A stretch of 64,000 nt of DNA from Lepidodermella squamata (GCA_047495785.1 JBLDXI010000015.1:4836001-4900000); one strand, 5' to 3'; counted from the first letter of the stretch, positions 36,287 to 49,753 are shown. The notes: generated by a model not told the origin, from the letters alone. Made by a program: numbers and translations.

Positions 36287-38246
36287 CTAGATAGTTTCGA
36301 CGTAACGCCGCATCGCACTTCGCGATTCGTTCCAAAACAGATCGAGAAGCTCGCTTTCCGCGTTCACAGCGCGCATAATCGCAGGTGAAATAGGCACTTT
36401 ATCAGTGATCGGGGTTGTTATATCGGCGGGGTCTTCACTCGTCGCCGCCCGCATTAGCAGCTTCGTAGCGTCGAGTGCCGGGCTGCTCGACCCGGATATG
36501 ACATCGAGGCGGATCTGTAATTCTTGCACGAAATTAGTGGGCCACAGAACACGGGAGACGAGACCAGCTCGAAGGGCCTCGACTGCTGTTATACGACGGC
36601 CAGTCAGGAGCATGTCGGCAGCCATAGCCCGCCCGACTGCCTGCTGCAGGGTCGTCGAGAGACCAGCCTCGGGAATGTGGCCGAGTTGCGCGTATGGCGT
36701 GGAGAAGGTCGCTTTTTCGGTGGCAATAACCACGTCAGCGAGGCAGCAAATGCCGACACCCAGTCCGACGCAAGGGCCGTTGACCGCAACAAAAATCGGC
36801 TTCGGGCACGACAGCATGACTTGGCACAACTCAGTTATGGCATTTGAGAGTTCCCGCCCGGCGGCAGCAGGATCTTTGGCTACAAAACAGAATAAAATCG
36901 TTAACAAATCCAGCTTAAAAATACGATAATGACTAACCGTCTAGCAGATAGTTGAGGTCGATTCCCGATGAGAACGTGGGGCCTGATGACGAAATGAGAA
37001 TGAGAGAGGTGTCATCGTCGGCAATACAAGCTTTCAGCGCGGTGATTAGCTCTTCGCAGACCAGCGGGTTAATGGCATTAGGCATTCGACTAGTCGTGAA
37101 CAGCCACAGCTGCGTCCAGCCAGGCCGGTGGCGTAAAACGATCTGCGAATAGCGCAACTGAGACAACTGACCACTAGCCGCCTGCCGCCGTGGTCCACGC
37201 CTAATCGAAGAGTAGCGACCAGTGTTTGAAATCGAGGACGACGAGGCGTCTTCACTAGCAGCCTCGGAGCTAGAGACGCTGTCAGGCTGCGACATGAAAG
37301 AATGCACGGCAGGGTGGCTGAGCATCCCATTCAAGCGGGGCGCATTTTGCGGGCTCTTACTACGCCCGGGTGACACCTGGATTGTTGACCTTATCAACGA
37401 TTGCCGCACTTCTATCAAGTAAATTGTTAACAAATGGAAAATTAAAATTTGTTTAGTCTTACTCGGTGCGGGTGTGATGTTGATGGTGACTGGTTTTAAC
37501 TTGCTCGCTGTGAGCGGGTCAATACCGTTCAGAAGACGCCGGTGTTGTTCGCGAAGCAGTTGCTGATTCCTCGCAGACACAATCTTTTTCCGCATCAGCT
37601 CCTGAACCGTCGGAGCCTTTCGGTTTTTGTCAGTCGGCACAGTCGGCAGCGGTGACTGTTTCCTTGCTGAACTTTTCGTGCTGGATATCGTGATGGCCGG
37701 CGAAACAGGCGCCGACCTTCGCGCAGCTTTGGCATTAGACGAACCGTGGCTCGGGGAGGCAGGTCGCTTCTTGCTAGAGCTAGATGACGATGGTATCAGC
37801 AGACCGCTGCTGTGATTGAAACCATTCAACATATATCGAACGTTATCGTCGCCTAGAGATGCGGTTTCAAGGCTTTTCAATTTTGAAAGTTTCCCAGGCG
37901 CAGCAAGACGCGCTTGGCGGAACTTTTTCACCGGTATTCTAGTCATGGCGACCCGGGTGACTGATTCGGTTTCGCTCGACGTCGAGCCAGTTGCTGCCTT
38001 CTTCGGACGGCTTTGGCTTGACGGAGCTGGTTTCGGCGACGGAGGAGCAGGAGGAGGCGGCTTCCGTCTAACCTCGCGATGGCTCGGCTGGGCGATGTAT
38101 TTTTTGACTAAATCGCCGAATTCGCGTTGAAATTTCGCGTCATCGGCGTAATGCCACTCGGAGTAGCCGTTTCTCTCCAACGAATACTGCAACCTGCCGG
38201 TTTCTGGCTCTAAACGGGTCGCCTTAATGTGTCCTCGGCTACTCAT
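36287..38246 (-). CDS. Chromodomain Y-like (CDYL-like) protein: degenerate chromo-like N-terminus, basic linker and crotonase-fold domain
   Basis: RYSQIVLRHRPGWTQLWL, NAINPLVCEELITALKAC, FSSGIDLNYL, PKPIFVAVNGPCVGLG, FSTPYAQLGHIPEAG, GLVSRVLWP match the CDY-type crotonase domain; N-terminal GRLQYSLERNGYSEW is chromo-like. Confidence 0.75.
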
Positions 38247-38362
38247 TATCGTTTAAAATAACTATAAGAATAACGAAAGAAAAATTTCAAATAAGATAAT
38301 CCTGTACAGATAATTCTCATAGAACCAAATCAACAGTTTTCAAGTCAAGTTTGGAGCTTCAT

Positions 38363-39724
38363 TTAGAGCTTGGAGCCACCTTTACGGGACATGAAATTAG
38401 CAATTGCGTTCACGCATTCCTCGCTCTGCCACTGCTGGGCGAGGACCTTGCACTCCTCGCGGCTGACATTGAGCAGCGTTTTCAGGCCCAACGGCTGCCC
38501 ACTGTTGCCACGGATCAGCTTCTTGGAAGCAATCAACGATCCGATCGGCAGGGAAGCAGCGTGTTTCACAAAAGCTTGCGCGCTCGCTTCAAAAGTCGCA
38601 GCCGGCAGAACGCGAGAGACCAACCCAGCACTCGCAGCTTCTTCGGCGTTCAAAACGCGACCAAACAGCAGAACATCGCTAGCAACTAGCGCACCCATCG
38701 TCAGCGGGAATGTCAACGACGAACAACCCTCAGGTGACTGGGCCAAATTGGTGAAAGGCGTCGAAAACGTAGCCGAGTCGACGGCAAGTACCGCATCGCA
38801 CAGGGCCAGGGTGGTCACCATAATACCAACAGCGTGGCCATTCACCAAAGCAATTATTGGTTTAGGAAACTCGATCAGAGCCTCCTGAAAGACGGTCAAA
38901 ACCTCACGGCCTCGCTCGGCACTTGCAGCCAACGGGTTAGTCGACCCCTCCGGGATATTCTTCATCATCTCTGCGAAATTTTTCAAATCGTTGCCGGAGC
39001 TATAGTAGTCGCCGGTTCCTGTTTTTTAGGGTGGCTAATTACAATATGATAAAATCGATTAAACTGACCAGTGAGGACTGCAACGCGAATTTTCGGGTCA
39101 GTAGCAGCCTCTCGCAAGTTTTTGGCAATAGCCTCGTAAATCTTCGTAAAAATATTACTATTAAGGTGGCAAATCAACTTAATCAACAGACTTGGATAGA
39201 GACCGGATTCTTGCGGCGAGGACTATCGAGGCGAAATTTCAGTACGCCCTCCGCTTTCGTGATAACAAGCCCATCGATGCTCCTGTCTTCACCGGGAGCG
39301 GCCGGTTTCTTCTCTTCGGCAGCGGCGCCAGAGCCAGCACCTCCTCCCAGTTCGTTAACTAGTGCTATGTATTTGTCCTGAGCTTGTTCTTTCGGCATAT
39401 CGCCGAGTTGGCTCCACGCATCCCACTTGTACTTGCCGACAATGTCGAGCATGCCCGGTTTTTTCGTCGTGTTCTTGCCGACCGTGGCTTGCTTGTAAAG
39501 CGCGTACATCTTGAGCTTGACGTCGTTTTCCGGCTCCTTGGTCAGCTTGGTCGAAGCAGCGACGGCCGCTTTGAAAGCATCGGCTGATGCGAACCCTCTT
39601 TGCATGGTTAAAGTTGCAGTGAATCTATGAAAAAAATAACAATTTCACATGTTTCAATCGCGTAAAAATGACCGCAAGCTTACCGCTGGGCAACTGGTCG
39701 AGCGAGGTTGAATGCAGCAAGCAT
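38363..39724 (-). CDS. ECI2: Enoyl-CoA delta isomerase 2 (ACBP + crotonase), 4 exons
   Basis: Transit-like MLAAFNLARPVAQR; ACBP KLKMYALYKQATVG...KWDAW; YYSSGNDL, FPKPIIALVNGHAVGI, FSTPFTNLAQSPEGCSS; C-terminal SKL. Confidence 0.92.
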
Positions 39725-39934
39725 AATTTAATAAAACCTTGAGAAGAAAGTGAGATGCATTTTATTTGAAGCAGGTATATTTTTGGCATATACTATCATC
39801 ACAACAATAAATTGAAAAATACTGCCGTCAGTGCATAGATATCACAGCGATAAAAGATCATTGTTTTTGGCCTGTCTGCAGGCGGAGGACACGCGAGATT
39901 AAATTGATAGTTATAGTAGTTCAAATGCGCCATG

Positions 39935-42821
39935 TTATTTCGCAAAATCCTTAGAATTTCGCATTTTCACAGCTTTTATTTCCGCCGGAATAGTCTGGTC
40001 GGCTGGGACTTGTTTTGCAAGTGCTTCCAAACACGCAACTGCCTGCTTGGCCTGGCCGCCCCTCTCCATGAGTCGGCAAAGTTCGAAGTGAGCCGTCAGC
40101 ATATTTGAGGAGTGATCGCCTGGATCTGTATCTTTCGGCGCGGTTTCGATCACCTTCTCAAAAGCTTTGCGCGCCAAATCGTAATCTTTGGTGTGGTTCA
40201 AGTAGACGAATCCAAGTAATAGCCAGGCATTCGAATGATTCGGATAAGCCTTTATTAGCTTTTTCAAGTATGGCAGAGCCTCGGATGGCCGCTGCAAATC
40301 CTTGTAGTGAAGCCAGGCAATATTAAATAGCAGCGACTTCCCAGTTGGATCGCGTTTTAAGGCGGCTTTGTAATACTTGAGAGCCCCTTCGAAATTGTGC
40401 AAGTCAGTTTCGAGCATCGCGGCTCTGAAATAGGCATCGCCAATCTTTGCGTTAGTGTCCGCAGGTCCTGTCGTAGCTTTCATTGGGTCCTGGTTCTTTT
40501 CAATCGCATCTATTTGCTGCTCATGCTTTATCACTCGATGCAAATAGTCGCGCGCTCGCCCGTAATATTGAGTTACACGACGTTCCTGAACCACAGACCT
40601 GTTGAAAACAAAGCTATTAACACCTGATTTGGATCAACAATTAGTTTAATTCTTACGCAAATGCATGCATGGCGTGCCAGTGTTCTGGATCCATTTGTAT
40701 AGCCATATCGAGAAGACCCAATGCAGTCGATAGCTTTTCGGCATTATTCGGATGTTGAGTAATTTCAACTACAGCCAAGTTGTAATAGCAATTGGAGCAA
40801 CCCTGATTCCGTGCAAGGCCCTCCTTAAACATGCGTCTAGCCTAGAAGGCAAAAAATTCAAGCTGAAATGCGCACAACAAAATGTAATGCTTACATCATC
40901 GAAACGGCCAAGTTTAAACATGATTTCGCCCTTTCGCTCGAAGGCCGGCAGATAGTCAGGTCGCATTTTGAGAACTTGGCTGTACAAATCTTCAGCTTGC
41001 TCGAGTAAATCGCGCTCTCCTGACGCCGCCAATAAAGATGCGAGATCCAAGCTATAACGGCGTAAATTGCATGAAACACCATTTAACATCACAAGAAAAC
41101 ACTCACAAAGCGTCGAGATGGGCGGGCGTTACTCTCGTTTTCAACACCCCCGACGGCACAGTGGCAGCTGTTGGGATGAGGTTAACTGCGCGTCGCAACG
41201 AACGGTGTGCGAATGTTGGCTGGTTCAAATTGCTGAGTGCACGCGCGCAATTCCGGTGAGCACCAACATCAGTCGGATGAGTCCGCACGGCTTTGTAAAA
41301 ATAGGCGAAAGCTTCGTGCCATTTGCCATCTCCTTCGTAAGTATGGCCAACATTATTGAAAAGCTTCGCATTCCGCTGGTTGAAACGAAGTCCCGAACGA
41401 AACAGACTGACCTGATCTGACCAGTCGTAGTTTCGAATAAATGTTCGGGTGAAAAATGCCGCCAAGACAATAATCACGATGTAAGACAGTAACACCACAG
41501 GGTTTGAAATGTCACGTACAAAGGAACGTCGCTTGAAAATATTTTCATTTTCGCCAGAAGACTTGAATGATGCTTTGACATGAGAAATTATTCTTTCGAA
41601 ACCAAGAGCGACCAAAGCGCACCATCCAATACTGGGTAAGTAAAGAACTCGTTCGGCGACAACAAATCCGACAGGAAAGAACAGATTCGAAGCAGGAATG
41701 AAAGGAATGATGATGAGAGTCATACAAAATACCACCTGCTTGTCGAGCGGGGCCCGAAAAGCGACGAAAAGTATAGCGGCAATAAGGGTAGCAAAAAATG
41801 CACCGGTCACGATGTTGCGAGGATCTTGAAAATCCTCGACCAAGGGTACTGTTCCGAGAGCCCAATCCGCAATTAATGGCCAAGGATACAAAAGTAACAT
41901 GGCGTTCACGGGAACTAGATAGGCGAAAGTCAGCTGCCTAGCCGGACTCTTTGCATGAGCAGCTGGATTGTCGAGAATTGAAAAATGAGGCATTTGTGGC
42001 ATGATCTTGAAACGAATGTACAGGAACGAACAAGCAGTTGCAATAATAGCAGATAATCGAAAGAACGAATCTGCGTATAGCAGGCCTCGTAGCGAAGAAA
42101 ATGGAGATCTCGGCTGCCAGCCAGCATGTACAATAACCTCGTAGATGATAACTAAACCTGCAACAGTTATACCCGTTTCTTTGGATAGGGCTGCAAGTGG
42201 TATCATGAACGACGAAGTCATTATATACAGCAGTTTTCTAAATCCGGTAGATTCTGTAGATTTCACGTAGAATATTATAGCCAGAAGGAAGAAAATCGCA
42301 GACATCAGCTCGGCCCGCCCAACAACTCCAGTAACAGCCTCGGTGTGGATAGGATGGAGCGCGAACAACAGCGAGGCAGTTAGCGAAGACAGAGATGTAA
42401 ATGCCAAAGCTGATAAGCAGTAGTAGACGATAATAGAAGCGATGACATGCATGACCATGTTTATCATATGGTAGGGCATCGGATCCAATTCAGATAACAC
42501 ATAATTCAGGCGAAATGTGAGAACGCACAACGGGCGATAGCTCCCATGACTTCTCTCGTCTGTCATAGGTGTCCCCCAGAAATCGTTGAAAAATGTATCC
42601 CAGATTGGCGTTGTTGGCCGTATATCCTTGTTGGATTTGATCGCTGAAGCATCGTCAAACACAAAATCACACCCCAAGCAATTTAGATAGCATAGAGTGC
42701 AGACAATGGCGATGAAGGCGACTTGGTAAGCCTAAACAACGATAGACGTTGAATACTTATTAGCAATAATTTTTATCGAACAAACCTGCTTCTGCTTGAA
42801 ATCGAGGAAATATTTCTCCAT
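39935..42821 (-). CDS. TMTC3: Protein O-mannosyltransferase of the TMTC family (most like TMTC3), multi-exon
   Basis: FVFDDASAIKSNKD, NDFWGTPM, SHGSYRPL, FALHPIHTEAVTGVVGRAEL, SKETGI, DNPAA, PASNLFFPVGFVVAERVLYLPS, RNYDW, NAKLFNNVGH, followed by TPR repeats. Confidence 0.85.
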
Positions 42822-43560
42822 ATCTCCCTTTACGAGAGTCAAATCATATGCACAACAAAGCTAAAAACGAGAATGTGAAAAGTCTCATCATTACAAAGCT
42901 ACCATGTCAAAGCCAACGGCCAAATCATCATCCGTGAAAATTCAGGCAACATCTCCGCCTTTTGTCACCCACACGAGCCAGTAGCCAACAGCTAACCGCT
43001 AACCAGGATTTCTGACCTTTGCACTGGAAACCCTGGCGGGCGGAACTTGAGTGCATTTTTACACCCCCTCATTTTTGACCCTAAAACTTTGTAGCCCCTA
43101 TTTTCTCCAAAATCTAATCAAGCGTTATCATCTTGTATAGTTCTAGATCATTTCTAATAACAGTCAAAATTTTATAGTTATTATGCGTGATTATTGTTAT
43201 TCAAATTAGGGCGCGAAGAACTCTCTCTGCTTGTTTGGACTGCATCAAAAAGAACCCGCAGCCCCGCCTACTAGCTTTTGGATTCCAAGTGCCCTCGAAC
43301 GATCAAGGATCAAGGACAAGAATAAAGAGTGATCGAGCGTTATTGATTGTTCAGCCATTAAATGCTAGATGCTGAATTTCTGATCAATCTCTGAGCGCTG
43401 ACTGAAGTGAGAGTTGAGTGGAATCGTGGCTTTTCTGGCGGCTAGTGGCTTGGATAGTGCATTGGCCTAGTCTTGAGAATGTTACCACCTTGAGTATACC
43501 TTTCTTCTTGGTTGTTATCCATAGACTCATTTCGATTACTGTGCTGCAGTATTTAAGAAG

Positions 43561-45546
43561 ATGAAAGTGTGCGTGCCTGAAATTTCATGGCATAACTGTG
43601 AACCGGTTTACTCCATCCATATGTGCCCAGTGGTAAGTCCATCAATAGATCATACCAATCATTGGATGTAACGTCTCTGCAACAATTGTATTTAAGATAG
43701 GGCCGAATGGATGTTATTACATTGCGACCGGCGCTGCAGATCGTCTCGTTCGGGTAAATGCGTGTTTGGGATTGAAACATGAATCTTATACGTTTTTATT
43801 CCTTTTAGCTTTGGCGAATTCACTTTGAGCAAAACCAGTCAAATCCTGTCCAAGTTAATTTTGTTGCCGAATTCACTGTTCATGGATCTTCAGTTAACAC
43901 TGTTCGCTTTTCACCCAGTGGGAAATATTTGATATCCGGTTCAGATGGTATATTTTCAATTGCTTAATAAGAGGAACCTTCAATCGGCTGTTTAGATCGC
44001 TCACTAGTGTTGTGGGAAGTTGGATCTTTCGAAGCGAAATCTAATGGCAATGGTGACGAAGAAATCGAGTCTCGCGACATTTGGCCTGTAAAACGCATTC
44101 TTCGTGGCCACCTCGAAGGGATTTATGACCTGTCCTGGTCACCATGCAGTACCCGTGTTGCGTCTGCATCCGTTGACAACTCCGTTATTGTCTGGGATGT
44201 TACCAACGGAAACAAGGTAGCTGACGAGATTAAGTTATTTATTGCTAATTAATCAAAGTTGTTTTATTTAGCTAGCTGTATTGCGGGAAGCCAAGTCTTA
44301 TGTCCAGGGCGTTGCTTGGGACCCGAAGAATGAATACATTGTTACTCTTAGTTCAGACCGTCACGCCAGATTTTACTCAATCGCTAAAGGTTTTCATTGC
44401 GTTTCTCGGCTCTATCACGCGGCACCCGTTTGTGGAAGTGCCACGCCACCATCCCCTGCCCTACCGCTTTTTGCTGACGACATGGTCACCCGGTCATTCT
44501 TTCGACGGGCTGGATTCTCACCCGATGGCCGATTTGTCATTCTTTCTGGCGGTGTTGTTGAAATTCCGAGCAAAGCCAAAGAACCGACGAGCATTCCGAA
44601 AGTTGAAGCGGAGAAACCTATTGCTACTGAAAACAAGGAACCGCCGAAGTCGGAGAGCACAGATGTCAGTGAAATGAAAGCTCCACCTCCGCCCACACCA
44701 ACGCCGACGCCTACAAACGGGTCATCCTCATCACAACCATCCACTGTTCAAAGGCATGCTGCTCATTTGGTTTGTCTCGCTAAATCTGGCAAGCCAGGCC
44801 GACCGATTCTATCGTGGCCAAATCCGCGAAGAGCCATTGTATCCGCTGTTTTTTGCCCGTTAACTTTCGAGCCTCTGCACAACACCGCGAAAAAACGTGA
44901 CATCGAAGGTGTTCCGGTTCCACTGGGCAGTTCGAAAGTTCGCCGCCGTTTCGTTGCCGCCCTTGTTGCTGCTGATGCGTTGATTTTGGTGGAAACTTCG
45001 AGGACCAGCCGTCCGATCGGTTACATTGGCGGCTTACACCTCGATCAGCTAACAGACGCATGCTGGTCTGCCGATGGCCGTGTTCTTATGGCCTGTTCAA
45101 CGGACGGCTACTGCACCCTGGTTGTTTTTACGCCGAATGAACTGGGGACTCCGATGGCAGTCGAAAAACCCGCAGCTAGTGAGCCTGTCAAAGCTGCCAA
45201 AACTGCAAATTCCGAACCGACCCCAGCTGCCCAGATTGTTGAAGTCGTTGCAAAGTCTGATACAGAAAGTTCTACGGGAAAACGACGGATTGCTCCTTTA
45301 CCTGTAGCCGAGGCAAAACCGTCAGCCACGTTTTTTGGAGTTTCCGAAACCGAAACTGAAACGAAAAGCTCGTCGACTAGCGATGCAGTTGTTTCAAACG
45401 AAGCCAGCACTAAAATGGAAGTTGATGCGGGGAAACCGGCGGCCGCCGCTGAAGTATCTGTTTTGATACCGCGTCGCCGCGTCAATTTGACTACGGTTTC
45501 TGTTCAGCCAGGAGCTGCTACCGAATCAGCTCCTTCGAACAGCTGA
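43561..45546 (+). CDS. CHAF1B: Chromatin assembly factor 1 subunit B (p60/Cac2), WD40, multi-exon
   Basis: MKVCVPEISWHNCEPVYSI, VNTVRFSPSG, LRGHLEGIYDLSWS, SYVQGVAWDP, SFFRRAGFSPDG, STDGYC; B-domain-like KRRIAPLPV and RRRVNLTTV. Confidence 0.9.
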
Positions 45547-46872
45547 GCAGCAGTCGATCACCACTCAAGAATTGCGCAACGATTTGGCGCAACGAACCCA
45601 TTTGATTTTACCTACAACTACTATTGCTACTACCACTTGTAATAGATCGCCGATTTTTTTGACATGCATGTGCGTTTTTCCGGCTTCTGGCAAGCTGTTT
45701 GACTACTCTATCTATGAGAAATAAAGCGTTCGTGTTTCTTAGATCGTTGTTTTGTTGTTATACACTAGAAAAAGTGCGGGCTGTTATCACTGCCTGGCTG
45801 CTAAGATGATCGGCGTTTATAGTGCCGCGAATCGAGGCATCACCTAATGATAATAGCGGCGTTTATTGCCCGCCGATACCTGGCGGATGAAAGTGCATCG
45901 ACTTCTAATTACCCGTTGCGCGCATTAAAAAGTGGAGGCGACTGGCAGTGATTAGGCGGCGGCAGCGGGAACACAGACACGGCGCATTATCGCCAGAAAT
46001 ATCATTTAACATATATAGACTCAAGCACTGATTCGCGTTTTATTGTGCCGAAAAACCGATGTGCACCACCAACACCACCTACCGAACCTGTTGTAACAAC
46101 ACAGCGAGCGATTTTCCTGTTGATGTTGTTGTTTAGCGCCTTATTAGCATGCGTTTTTGCTGGCAATACCTGCGATAATTTCGCACGGCTCATTTTGCAA
46201 TATCGGGCTGACAGCATCAGTCTATAGGCTGGCTACCATAGCGACGCGCCGGTTTGTCGTTTCTACGCGCGTGAGTATAAGGTAACAGTAATTATGGCGG
46301 CGCCGCAGCTCCAGCCGTGTTCGTTTAATTCGGGCGCTAGTTAAGCATTGACGGGCGCGTGGCGACTCGCGCAGGTTGATTAATGAAAGACACGTAGTAG
46401 TGTTATTTTTACCGCCGCGCTTGGTAATAATGCGCGGTGCCAGCAGACGCGTTTAACCGGGCTTCGCGGATGAGCGATGAACGTGGGTGGCGCCCGCGCA
46501 TATTTCGGCTACAACTGTACCGCTGTTAATGCCTACCTGCGTGTACTTCATTATTGCTTTATACCTATACTGTAGAGCGAATTATTAGTGCTACCGTTGT
46601 GCTGTAATATGTCTAGGTTTATATCGTTTTGGCGGCGTGCGGCGGCGATGCGCCTATGATACGCCCACTTCGTCTGCGACCTCGCATCAACGCTGGAACC
46701 AATCGCAGCAGCACCATCTACCACCTCCACGTTGTTTACCACCACAACCTGAAATTTCACAACAGACGCATCGCTAATTTTCACTAACGTGTTGTTTATA
46801 CCGTGCGATTTCCTACTACGCCACACCAGTTATTCGAGCCAACGACGCAACTGGTTTTTTCCAATTTCGCGC

Positions 46873-49753
46873 ATGGCTACGCCCAGCTGTAATAAAGCCA
46901 ACAAGTGTGGCTGTCGAACGACGACGCCCGTCGACGCGCAATGCTGTAACAAGCAGGTCGAGGCGACAACTGCAGCTGATGAACAGAACAGCAATGCCGA
47001 GGAGCATTTCTCCTACATCAAACGCGTCGGCTCTTACCTGGTAGGGCGAACCCTTGGCGAAGGCTCATTCGCCAAAGTTCGACTAGGTCTGCACTTACCT
47101 ACAACAGAAAAGGTAGCAATCAAAGTGCTCGACAAGCATCGAGCAGCTAACGACAGTTACATGGAGATGACTATCCGCCGCGAAGGCCGCCTACTTCGCC
47201 GAATCCGACCTCATCCTAATATAGTACAAATGTACGAAATTATGGAAACGGCCAACTCGCTGTATCTAGTTCTCGAACTTTGCGAGGGCGGCGATTTTCT
47301 CGACTTGGTTGCATCTCGAGGGCGTCTCTCTGAACCCGAGAGTCGCATGTTTCTACGTCAGATCATAGATGCTGTTTCACATCTCCACTCGTTCGGTATC
47401 TTGCATCGAGATTTGAAAATTGAGAACTTCATGCTCGACTCAACTCTTCAGCAAATCAAAATAATAGGTAAAATTTGTTTGAGCCGAATTTGTTTTTGTC
47501 TTCATGAATGAATTTACGATGTAGATCTTGGCCTGAGTACCTGTGCCCCTGGAGGTGGAGCTTCGCGGACGCAGTGTGGTAGCCCGGCTTACGCGGCCCC
47601 TGAACTCATAAGATCACCTCATTACGGCCCAGAAGTTGATGTATGGTCAATGTTAGTTCTGATATATTTTATTGTAATTCGTTTTAAAATTAATTTCTGG
47701 TGGTTTCTTTTTAGTGGGGTCGATATGTTCGCCATGTTAACTGGCGGATTGCCTTTCACAGTCGAACCATTTTCGATAAAGAACTTATACGCGAAAATGA
47801 TTGCTCGGGACAGGAACCCGCTGCCTTCCGATACATCACCTGAAGCTGTCGATTTGCTCAACCGGCTCCTGGAGCCTGACCCCAGGCTTCGAATCACGCT
47901 TCAAGCTGCTCTAGCCCATCCGTGGCTCCGCGCGACTCGGAAGCTCCGATACAATCCAGATGCGAAAACTTCATTTCCACAACCAAACAGTATCAGTTAG
48001 TTGTTGTGAGGCTCTCCAAGAGCTCATTATAAATCGTTTTATTTTCAGAAATTATCAATAACACAAAGTCGAAAGTTGATCATCCGGGTGATCCTAGTAT
48101 TTTAGATCTGAATGTCGCTACGAGAGCAGCCGCCCTTGCTGGAGCTTCTTTGGGTAGCCTACTTCGAGATGTTGCCGCCGCTGTTCCAAGTTAGTCTTTT
48201 AAATTGGACTATGAGCTCATGTTTAAAATGCTTTCATCAATTTAGGCAATTTAGCTGCAACGTATCACCTATTAGCCCGTCATGCCCGCCGAACCTCCGA
48301 CCAGCAAGAAGCTTCAGATAACAATCACCAGGCTACAAAGCAACGTGCGTCATCTGCCTTGTCGTCGGATTCCACCGCGGGAATGTCGAGCCACCACAGC
48401 AACAGTCACGTGGTTCGCGGCTACATTCCAAACACGCCACGTCATTACGAGGTTCACAGCAGCAATAATAACAGGGACATGGAAACTAGTTACATATCTA
48501 ATATACCTGTCAAACAACCCAACGCCAATAATAACAACGTGACCCGCGTAACTATCGGCGTTCATTGTGTAAGATTTTGATTTTGATTTTGAATGCTTTG
48601 ATCGAATAATTTTGTTTTAAAGCGACCGAAACCTTCAGTTCAAACTGGTCCGATGAATTTAACAGCTGCAGCAGCCGCTCTCCTTTCAGCGGAACCCAGC
48701 CCTCGATCGGAGCCAAAGCGCCTTTTGACCGCAAGTGAGAGTGAGGCTTTAGCTGTTGCTACATTGGAACGGCGGAAACTTCAAAAACCTCGTCTCGCTC
48801 CACCTCTCGCCCGAGTCAACGACGACGACGATGATGACGAGAGAGCTGACAATGAAAAGTTGACAAATGGCAAGCAGAGCGCTAGCAACCCGGGCATCCC
48901 ATCGGAAAATGGCGGCGCGTCAATTTACGAAAAGGACAGGAACGAGGACGAAAGTGTTCAAACTACGCGGTTTTTAGGCACATCTGCTCCGCCGATCGAA
49001 GCCGAGGCAGTTCGTTGGGCTGGCGACAACGTAGCCGGGGCTATTCCGCAAAATTTGCTGACAAGTTGCTGCGGCGAACTGCCGCTAAAAACGTCTTTCG
49101 CAACGGGGATCCCTACGCAATCTCGATTGCCGTCTTCAACACCGACTCCTCCGTCTTGCATGCAAATGTCTCACATTGTGACGAAGAACGAGCTCAGCCA
49201 ATCACCTCGCCAGCCATCGACTCCCACATCGAAGCATCGGGATAATAACGACGATGGAAGCAGGTATCAAAGTTCAACTAATCCAAGGTATTTCATTCAA
49301 CAAAAACAGATCTACAATGATTTAATTGTTTTTTTTTCCAGAAAACAGCACCTGTTTGGTTGTGTAGGACGTGACCAAAGGCGTTTATCGACACAAATAA
49401 ACGATTTCGTATTTTCGGGCAGCAATCGGAAGCAATCATTCACGCCTGACATGATAGGCTACGCGGACGCTGCTGATCAGGCTCCGCCGACGCCCAACTC
49501 TAACAGTCGGTTGATTTCTTCGAAAACGCCGCCGCCTTTGGTCAGCGTTCTAACGCCGACTGGTTACCAGCTTCACCAACAGAGCCATCACCACCAGACA
49601 GCGACATCACTCATCGTTAAACCGGCCGTGCAAGCAGTCGCAGCAGCTGCTCGACGTGTGCTGTGTGGCGTATCGCCGCAGCCGCAGCACCATCACGGGA
49701 CCATGGAACGGTCGATGGCACGAAGTGTTGCCACGAAGCAAGCAGCGGTTTGA
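46873..49753 (+). CDS. HUNK: AMPK-related Ser/Thr kinase, HUNK-like, with long disordered tail, multi-exon
   Basis: KRVGSYLVGRTLGEGSFAKVRLGLH, EKVAIKVLDK, RREG, HRDLKIENFML, TQCGSPAYAAPEL, MFAMLTGGLPFTVEPF. 3' exon structure approximate. Confidence 0.8.
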
